NCBI GenBank assembly: GCA_000214015.2
Contig: CAID01000003.2
Location: forward strand, 318,999-350,998
DNA from: Ostreococcus tauri
Lineage: Eukaryota
Length of the DNA stretch: 32,000 nucleotides
Direction of reading: 5' to 3'
Below are positions 17,226 to 24,178 of the stretch, piece after piece; within the stretch, counting starts at the first letter, position 1; each line of letters opens with the position of its first letter. A program made the translations under genes and the position numbers. The notes below the pieces were generated by a model that had not been told where the DNA came from, did not search any database, and was given only the letters and a program-made list of their open reading frames with translations.

Positions 17226-17903
17226 CTAGGACGACCCGATCTCGCTCGAGAGTTTATCTAAGATGCTCTGCACCCGGTGCTTCATCACGGGCTGGCCTCG
17301 TTTGTTCTTTTTGCGCATGAGATTCTTCTTGTTCTGTCGTTTGTCCCGCTGTTCCCTGAGCGTTTCGTCTCGCTTCGCCTTGGTCTCGAGGAAAGCCTTT
17401 CGATCGGCATCGCGCTGTTCACGCGCGGCTTGCTGCTTTTCGTAGACGCTCATCTTCATCTTCTTCTTCTTCTTCTCGCTACCTCCGCGCTGCTCCTCGG
17501 GCGCGTCGTCGTCGTCGTCTTCGTCGTCCGCATCGCGCATCGCCGCTCGCGCGTCGCCGTCCGTCCTTCCTCTCCCGCTCGGACCCGCTCCGACACCGAG
17601 CGTGGGATCATCGATCGCTGCCAATCGTCGTTCATACGCCTCCGGATCGAATCCCTCCTCTCGCTCAATCTTCGTCCCTAACTTTTTCTGCAACCGCTCG
17701 TACCGCGCCTTTCTCGCCGCGCCCTCCGCTCGATTCTGTTTAATCCTCTCCCGCTTATCGTACGTCGACTGTCTCGCCTTTATGAATCGCCCGATCGACA
17801 GCGCCTCTCGTCCGTTTCGCCGCATCTCCGTCCTGCGCAGCGCGTCCGGTCGCTTCCTCGATCGACCAAACTTTTCATTCTCCTCGTCTCGCGTCGCCGC
17901 CAT
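17226..17903 (-). CDS. rRNA-processing protein Fyv7 / TAP26-like (basic, K/R/E-rich)
   Basis: Track ORF 17226-18581. I chose the ATG at 17903 (MAATRDEENEKFGRSRKRP...). The C-terminus, KKNLMRKKNKRGQPVMKHRVQSILDKL, is typical of the Fyv7/TAP26 family. The upstream 226 codons overlap the opposite-strand gene and are A/R/S junk. Confidence 0.6.
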   Translation of the reverse strand: MAATRDEENEKFGRSRKRPDALRRTEMRRNGREALSIGRFIKARQSTYDKRERIKQNRAEGAARKARYERLQKKLGTKIEREEGFDPEAYERRLAAIDDPTLGVGAGPSGRGRTDGDARAAMRDADDEDDDDDAPEEQRGGSEKKKKKMKMSVYEKQQAAREQRDADRKAFLETKAKRDETLREQRDKRQNKKNLMRKKNKRGQPVMKHRVQSILDKLSSEIGSS

Positions 17904-18183
17904 GGCCGTCGCCCGCGCCTCGCGCGTCGCCCTCGTCCGCGTCTCTCGGATGCCCCGCGATCGCGCGCCGCGCTCGAGGTCGACGCGCGCGGTGTTCGCA
18001 CGCGCGCGAACCGATCCCTCGTCCCGTCCTCGCGCGTCGCTTCCGCCCGCGAGCGCCGTCGCGCCGCGCGTCCACCTCTGTCGCGCTCGAGTCGACGACG
18101 CGTCGGTGGTCCCGCACACCGCGCCCGTCGTCGTCGTCGCCGTCGACGCGTCGCGCGTCCGAGCGCGCGCGTCGACGGTCGCG

Positions 18184-18921
18184 ATGGAGCTTCCGAGTGC
18201 GATCGCGGGCGCGATGGACCGAGCGCGCGAGGCGCGCGAGCGCGCGATCGACGCGACGACCGAGGCGTCGTCGAGGATGGATCGAGCGTCGAGCGACGCC
18301 GCGTTCGCGTTGGTCAAGGCGATGGAGACGGCGATGCGAGGAGTGAGCGATGTCGTGGACGACGCGCGGACGCGTGGCGAAGCGGTGGTGGAGAGAGCGA
18401 GGGAGAGCGAGGATGAGTTCTTTCGAAGCGCGAGTAAGCGGGTGGTGGATTTCGCGCGGGCGAACCCGGTCTCGGTGGGCGGGACGGTTGCGTGCGCGGT
18501 CGCTTTGGCGCTTCCGGCGCCGCGAGCGTTATTATGGCGGTCGACGATCGGGCGACTGCAGAGCGAAGAGGCTTTGTTCAATGCGTGCGTGCGAAGGAGC
18601 GAGAGGTTGACGCTCGAAGCGGAGGCGGCGAGCGCGGAGATTCAACGCCTGGCCGAGTCGGTGAGCGCGGCGGAGATCGAGATGAAGCGAGGGGCCTCGA
18701 ACCTGCGTGCGGCGGCGAGGGAACTTCGCGCAATCGAGTCCAAGACGTACGGGATGGATAGCAAGGCGTCGTCGCTTTTGAACGACCTGCGCGTGCTGCC
18801 GAGCGCCGAGGCGGCGGCGCTGCAAGAGCAGGTCGCCGGCACCACGGATACGGTTGCCGCCCATCGCTCCGCCGCTCTCAAAGTGTTGAAGAAAATCTTT
18901 AAGAGCGGGATCGAGGTGTGA
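18184..18921 (+). CDS. Hypothetical protein: helical/coiled-coil with one hydrophobic segment
   Basis: Track ORF 17602-18921. I chose the ATG at 18184 (MELPSAIAGAMDRAREARE...) because the upstream portion is antisense to the Fyv7-like CDS. It has a hydrophobic stretch (VSVGGTVACAVALALPAP) followed by a coiled coil (LTLEAEAASAEIQRLAESVSAAEIEMKRG). I recognise no family with confidence. Confidence 0.5.
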   Translation: MELPSAIAGAMDRAREARERAIDATTEASSRMDRASSDAAFALVKAMETAMRGVSDVVDDARTRGEAVVERARESEDEFFRSASKRVVDFARANPVSVGGTVACAVALALPAPRALLWRSTIGRLQSEEALFNACVRRSERLTLEAEAASAEIQRLAESVSAAEIEMKRGASNLRAAARELRAIESKTYGMDSKASSLLNDLRVLPSAEAAALQEQVAGTTDTVAAHRSAALKVLKKIFKSGIEV

Positions 18922-19293
18922 ATCGCTCGCTCCCCGTCGCGATTCCACGGATTCACCGCACGCAATACATAGCTTAGCAGCCGCTCGCGACATCACGCGT
19001 CGCGGTTCAAATTGACCGCTCTCGAGCCATCGCATCGTCGCCCTCGTCCCTCCTCGCCCGTCGCGCGCGCGCTCTCGACCGCGCCTCGTCCTTCGCATCG
19101 CGTTCGTTCATCGAGATCGCGTCGTCGTCGAACCTCCAATCCTCATGGGGGAATGCGAGGTCTTTCACTCGCTTTGGAGAAATGTAAAAAGATTTGTGCT
19201 CGACGCGCGCCCGTCGTCACGGTTCATGTACCGTTCGCGATCGAGCGGTCGTTCCACGACGGTTACGGGTGCGTGTCGAGGACGGACGTCACG

Positions 19294-19944
19294 ATGCGGT
19301 CGTCCGCGGTCGTCCCGTCTCGCACGGTCGCGGTCCCGCGCGCGCGCGCGCGCGCGGGAGCGTCCAGACGAGACGTTCTGAACGCCGGTCTCGCGGTCGT
19401 CGCGGTCAGTATCGAGAAAGAGGCGAGCGCGGGGACGTACAAGCGATCGTTCAGGGAGAGGTTCGAGACGAGCATCTCCTCGGCGACGCGCGATTACGAG
19501 TTCACGATGCCCGACGATTGGGCGGCGGACATCGTGTCGCTGAACGATGGTAAATTGTACGGCGTGGACACGCGATACAAGAGCGGTTCGGGGAACGGAC
19601 AGCTCGCGGTGAGCGTGCTGCCGTTCGTCGGCGCAGACTCGATAGAGCAAGCCGGGTCGGCGGAGGACGTACTCGGACGATTTGAAGAGCTCGTGGGGGC
19701 ATATTGGGAACAGAATGGATTTGGGGTTCCAGGACGAGCGGGTGCCGTGAAGGAGACGTCGTTGACGAAAAAACAAGGGGTTGCGTATTACAATTACGAG
19801 CTGGTGAACCCGCATAACTTGATATCGGCGTGCGTGGTCAACGGCGAGCTGTACATCATGGTCGCGTCGTGCGGAGCCCGTTCGTGGAAAACCGCCGAGA
19901 GCGATTTACGCTCAATCGTCGACTCGTTCACTGTGCCTCCGTAG
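19294..19944 (+). CDS. PsbP-domain (PPD / Mog1-PsbP fold) protein, probably thylakoid lumenal
   Basis: Track ORF 19012-19944. I chose the ATG at 19294: MRSSAVVPSRTVAVPRARARAGASRRDVLNAGLAVVAVS (transit peptide + RR-type signal). The body is PsbP-like: YEFTMPDDWAADIV...LAVSVLPF...IEQAGSAEDV...YYNYELVNPHNLISACVVNGELYIMVASC. Confidence 0.7.
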   Translation: MRSSAVVPSRTVAVPRARARAGASRRDVLNAGLAVVAVSIEKEASAGTYKRSFRERFETSISSATRDYEFTMPDDWAADIVSLNDGKLYGVDTRYKSGSGNGQLAVSVLPFVGADSIEQAGSAEDVLGRFEELVGAYWEQNGFGVPGRAGAVKETSLTKKQGVAYYNYELVNPHNLISACVVNGELYIMVASCGARSWKTAESDLRSIVDSFTVPP

Positions 19945-19977
19945 ATCGACGTGATGAGTGTATAAAGGTGTAATTGT

Positions 19978-22900
19978 TCACATCCATTTTTTTGGGAATC
20001 GTTGCTTTGCGGAGGAGATCTTTGTGAATCTGTGCTGTGTCAAATTCCGTTCCGGGTCGTATGTTGAGACTCGGTGCTCGAACGTTGATGCGTGTCGTTG
20101 TTCTGGAGGTGGTGGCATCCGATAAGACTCCAGCATCTCAGGGAATTCGTTCATCGATGGCTGACCTCTAACTGTGCGAGTCGCGGTACTATTGGACGGT
20201 CCACCACCACTGTTGCGCATTGGTACCCACAATTGACCGCCAATGTCAATCTTCGACGGATTTACGCGAGAAAACGGCCGCTCTGGCGACATGAGACTGC
20301 GCGGCGGTGCCGTCGGAGAGATGCGAAGGTCCATCGCAGGAGACGGAATGTGAATTTTGTGCTGAACCATCGAAGGGCGCCGACTCGGCGTCATGTAGAG
20401 CGACTCTAAACTTGAAGAACCAAATTCCATAGAGTCGTCCAACCGCTGCCTTTTGATCGGTGAGAGGAAGTCAGTGATCGGTCGAGAAGCGTGGCCTTCG
20501 TTCAGGCCTCGCGGTCGAGCGTGAGTCTGCGGTGAAAACACCGGCGAAGCAATCTCGGTGGGCTGAATCATTCTTCGCCCGTTCATCAGGACGCTCAACG
20601 GACAACCGATGTTTCCTTGACCTTCCAGATGCGCCATGACTTTCGGGGTGAACCCACCTGAGGTCTGAAGTCCGCTGCGGACAATGTCATCAGCCAAGAG
20701 AGTACATGCCGAAATTGGGTTGAGTAGCGGTAACATTTCGCATAACTCCAACTCTTCTGTCGATGGCTCGACTGGAACTGGTGCGGTAAATTCCGAAAGA
20801 TCCGTATTCTGTGGACAGAGTACGTCTATCACCGTCGGGAGAACCTCTTCTTCCACGCAAAATCTGCAATCGATGGAAATATTCAGACGCAGAGCATCCG
20901 AGCAGACGCGTCTGCAGAGTGACTGAGCGATGCGTAAAAAATCCAAGCCACCTTCAAAGATGATTGTTCCAGACAAAAACGAATCAGACAAAGCCACGAC
21001 AAGATCTTCCGTCAGTGAAAATAACTCGAGCTGAGTCGGCAATCCCTCGACAAAATATTCAGGCACGATGAGTATCACCGCGTGCACTTGATTTCCGATG
21101 GTGCAACACGCGTCGACATCAATAGCGAACGGTCTCAGGACGACTTCGCAACCGTGGTCGATCAGAATTCTCTCGACTTCGGCAAAAAGATGATCTCGAG
21201 CACCAACGATTTGTCGCGCCACATTAAGCACGACCATATGTCGCGGCACTCCATTGAACTCTCTTGGAGGTGACAGGTTGGGTTCCTCATCATAAACTGC
21301 GCTCGTGTCCCGGGCACTCTTGACACGTTCACGTGAGTGATTCAAGGCTGAAGAAGCCGGTTCAAGATACTCGTTTAACCAACGACTATCTTGCTTCACC
21401 GTGAGAGCGTGCACGAAACGATTTGCAGCATAACGACTTGAGCCCACTGTACGAATAAGCTCGAGAGCTTCAGCAGATGGAGCGTAGTAAACACAAGTGG
21501 AGAACAGTTCCAAGGGAAATGCCTCGTGATTGACGTGAGCTTCGAGCGCAATTAAGACGTCCGTTTCGGTTGCACTGATTCGTGCGGCGCGAGAAAATTC
21601 CTCGATGTCTTCATCTTGCAAGCTCGTAAACTCTTGCCTGCCATCAAACTGGCGCACGCGCATGTTCATACGGCTGATGAACTGCCTCACCGCAAGAATA
21701 CTCAGTGTATCGGGGAAAATAACAAGCATCTTACCCCCGCTCACAATCAATCGTGCGAGGTACGTTTTCAGCGCGCGTAATTTGGGGTGATCGTCAAACT
21801 CGCCGCGCGAGACGGAGACATCCTGACGTTCAATCAAGTTCTTGATATCTCCTAAGTCTTGATCATCCTTGGCTTCGTTTCGCATAAACGTGTGCGCCAT
21901 GTGAACACCGTAAACTTGAACCAGATTCGCCGCGGTTTGACAGCACAGTAAACTCTTCAGATGTCGAGTGATTGCTGGCGGTTCATGGGCAAATTGCATC
22001 ATAAACTGCGAAATCTTTGACGACTGCCCGAGCTGAAAAGTTGGAATCATTGCTTGAACATCCAAGGGTAAAATTTGCTTCGTATAAGCATACCGCTGAG
22101 CTAAAACTTGAATCAGATCAACTTGATATGAATCGAGTGTGATTTCAACCACATCGATCAAACACGTGTTGCTCGCGTGGTTGGCGTTTGGGAGTGATAT
22201 TGATTCACTAAGCGTTGGCAAACGCGGATCTGACGCTTTCGTCGTCTTCACTGGTTCATTTGCGCTTGAATGTGGCTGAGGTATGTCATCCCAAGTCCAA
22301 TCACCGTTTTCATCTTCGAATATAACCTCGTCTAACATCGCTGGGAGATCCTCTTGCGTTCTCGACTTCTCCAGCGATTCCATGAGGCTCGGAAATGGAA
22401 CCTTCCAATTCGACAGGGCAGGCGCTCGCTCCTTCACTTCTTCCACGCTCTTGATGACATCTCTAATGGCGCGTTCGGCCCGAAAAGTCGTATCATCTTC
22501 TTTATCAGTCTTCGGAACGGGCATTTGGTCCAGCACAAACTTTTTGCTCGGAACCTCGAGAAGCTTCTTCGTCAGGTTTTCCTTTGCGCGCAAGGCAAAA
22601 TCTTGATTGATCGGAGCTTCGACATTCACTGGCTTCGTCATAGACTTCAGAACCGACTTAACATCAGTTTCAACTGTACACGGATTCACGACTTCCATCA
22701 AAGTCGGTACGTTGACGTCTCGCACCGGAGGCGGATTGATTGTCGCAGTGCGCATCGCTTCCTCGAGTGGATCTATCGAGGGCAACGCCTTCGGTCCTCC
22801 AAGTAAGAGCTTCTTCAAATAATCCTTCCATGAGCTGTCTACCTTTAATTCGCCCTCCCATGGTAACATCTCCACTTTCTTGGCGAGAGTCATCGCGAAC

Positions 22901-23643
22901 GCGAGCGGAGTCTCGAGAAGACTCATCCCGTCAAGCGCGAATGACGTTTCGCGCAACCTCGGGAAAAGGCTCAAGAAATCCTTCATCTTCTCCGACGGCG
23001 TCTCTCGCGGCACTTCATCCGAACGATCGACGTCATATCGTTTCTGCAAATCATTCTCGACGCAATCGAGCGCGTTCAACGCGTCTTCATCGAGATCAAA
23101 TATCGTTTCTGACGCCGTCTCGAAGCTCGCCTGTCGAATCGCCGATCGAATACGCGTCCTCGTCTCGTCCTCGTCCTCGATCACCGGCACCTCCATCGCG
23201 CGCATCCTCGGTTTTTGAACGTTCGACGTTTCAATTTCCATCAACCTCTCCCTCGCCCCGCCGTCGTCTTCGACGCGAATCTTCATCGGCTTGACCGTTC
23301 CGTACGCCGCGTCTCCCGCGTCTCGTCTCGCGCGCGCCTCCTCCGTCCACCCCATCGTCTCCTCGCATCGCACCACGGGCACCGCCTCTATGATATCCCG
23401 CGCCGTCATCCCTCCATCCTCCGACCGTCGTCTCCCTCCCGTCATCCCATCGTCAAACGTCACCGAATCCTCCTCGCTCTCGCCCACGTCCCATCCCCCC
23501 TCGCTCGTCGTCGTCAACCCATCGCTCACTCGTCTTTGCGCATCCTCCGTCAACGTCTCCGTCGCACGCTCCACCGCGCGCGCACCGAGATGTCGCATCG
23601 CATCCCGTCGCACGTCTTCCGTTCGCACGGAGACGTACCGCAT
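19978..23643 (-). CDS. Large (about 1221 aa) protein; candidate SHOC1/ZIP2-like protein with a degenerate XPF/ERCC4-like domain plus a helix-hairpin-helix-like tail
   Basis: Coding itself is solid: it is the lower-GC, non-repetitive part of the 1608-aa track ORF. The start is uncertain. MRYVSVRTEDV (ATG at 23643) is the first ATG downstream of the repeat array. Further upstream, the ORF crosses the ATCGAT array and runs antisense to the IF-2 RGG box. The function is inferred from architecture only:
- HPKLRALKTYLARLIVSGGKMLVIFPDTLSILAVRQF
- a later nuclease-like block lacking the ERK catalytic motif (HMVVLNVARQIV...CEVVLRPFAIDVDACCTIGNQVHAVILIV)
- IIFEGGLDFLRIAQSL
- ELCEMLPLLNPISACTLL. Confidence 0.6.
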   Translation of the reverse strand: MRYVSVRTEDVRRDAMRHLGARAVERATETLTEDAQRRVSDGLTTTSEGGWDVGESEEDSVTFDDGMTGGRRRSEDGGMTARDIIEAVPVVRCEETMGWTEEARARRDAGDAAYGTVKPMKIRVEDDGGARERLMEIETSNVQKPRMRAMEVPVIEDEDETRTRIRSAIRQASFETASETIFDLDEDALNALDCVENDLQKRYDVDRSDEVPRETPSEKMKDFLSLFPRLRETSFALDGMSLLETPLAFAMTLAKKVEMLPWEGELKVDSSWKDYLKKLLLGGPKALPSIDPLEEAMRTATINPPPVRDVNVPTLMEVVNPCTVETDVKSVLKSMTKPVNVEAPINQDFALRAKENLTKKLLEVPSKKFVLDQMPVPKTDKEDDTTFRAERAIRDVIKSVEEVKERAPALSNWKVPFPSLMESLEKSRTQEDLPAMLDEVIFEDENGDWTWDDIPQPHSSANEPVKTTKASDPRLPTLSESISLPNANHASNTCLIDVVEITLDSYQVDLIQVLAQRYAYTKQILPLDVQAMIPTFQLGQSSKISQFMMQFAHEPPAITRHLKSLLCCQTAANLVQVYGVHMAHTFMRNEAKDDQDLGDIKNLIERQDVSVSRGEFDDHPKLRALKTYLARLIVSGGKMLVIFPDTLSILAVRQFISRMNMRVRQFDGRQEFTSLQDEDIEEFSRAARISATETDVLIALEAHVNHEAFPLELFSTCVYYAPSAEALELIRTVGSSRYAANRFVHALTVKQDSRWLNEYLEPASSALNHSRERVKSARDTSAVYDEEPNLSPPREFNGVPRHMVVLNVARQIVGARDHLFAEVERILIDHGCEVVLRPFAIDVDACCTIGNQVHAVILIVPEYFVEGLPTQLELFSLTEDLVVALSDSFLSGTIIFEGGLDFLRIAQSLCRRVCSDALRLNISIDCRFCVEEEVLPTVIDVLCPQNTDLSEFTAPVPVEPSTEELELCEMLPLLNPISACTLLADDIVRSGLQTSGGFTPKVMAHLEGQGNIGCPLSVLMNGRRMIQPTEIASPVFSPQTHARPRGLNEGHASRPITDFLSPIKRQRLDDSMEFGSSSLESLYMTPSRRPSMVQHKIHIPSPAMDLRISPTAPPRSLMSPERPFSRVNPSKIDIGGQLWVPMRNSGGGPSNSTATRTVRGQPSMNEFPEMLESYRMPPPPEQRHASTFEHRVSTYDPERNLTQHRFTKISSAKQRFPKKWM

Positions 23644-23722
23644 CGCCGCGCCCGTCGTCGTCGCGTCGTCCTCCGCCGATCCGTCGCGCCGATTCGTCTC
23701 TCGCGCTCCCAGACCGCGCTTT

Positions 23723-24056
23723 GATCGCGATCGATCGATCGATTCGATTCGATCGCGATCGACGGAATCGATGGAATCGATCCCATCCCATTCCATCGAT
23801 CGCATCGATCGATCGATCCCATCGCTTCGATCCCATCGATCGATCGCGTCGAGTCCATCGATCGATCCCATCGAGTCCATCGATCCCATCGCTTCGATCG
23901 CTTCGATCCCATCGATCGATCCCATCGATCCCATCGATCGATCCCATCGATCCCATCGATCGATCCCATCGATCCCATCGATCGCATCGATCGCATCGAT
24001 CGATCCCATCGATCCCATCGATCCCATCGCCTCCGATCGTGATCGTCCCCATCGAC
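23723..24056. repeat. Tandem array of CCCATCGAT (9 bp) and CCCATCGATCGAT (13 bp) units, with a 22-bp higher-order unit x3 at 23908-23973; ATCGAT/GATC-dense
   Basis: Read directly from the sequence. By my manual count there are about 29 ATCGAT hexamers. Variants become more degenerate toward the left end (GGAATCGAT, TCCATCGAT, GCATCGAT, GCTTCGAT). No stop codon occurs in any of the six frames. Confidence 0.95.
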
Positions 24057-24178
24057 GCCGGGGTCGTCGCCGTCGGTGCGCATGCCGTGTGGGCGAACAG
24101 TCCGAGTGTGCGCCCGCGACGTCGAGGTCCACCGCGCCGGCGGCCGACGTCACATCGACGACGACGCGGTGCGACGAC

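Noticed and set aside
17602-18581. Mutually overlapping long ORFs (439 aa on plus, 451 aa on minus)
   Set aside because: Each is real only in its distal part (Fyv7-like 17226-17903, hypothetical 18184-18921). The overlapping extensions are A/R/S-rich translations of the GC-rich divergent promoter and of each other's antisense strand.
23723-24056. CRISPR array, satellite/centromere or transposon terminal repeat as an explanation for the ATCGAT array
   Set aside because: There are no unique spacers between the repeats and the units are only 9-13 bp. The context is eukaryotic with no cas genes. At 330 bp, wedged between two housekeeping-type genes, it is too short for a centromeric satellite. 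No terminal inverted repeats, target-site duplications or transposase are present.
23291-24178. Upstream 296 codons of the 1168-aa plus-strand ORF that contains IF-2
   Set aside because: This part is antisense to the N-terminal coding region of the large minus-strand gene and crosses the repeat array. Its composition is S/R/P junk. A transit-peptide-like Met at 24179 gives a normal IF-2.
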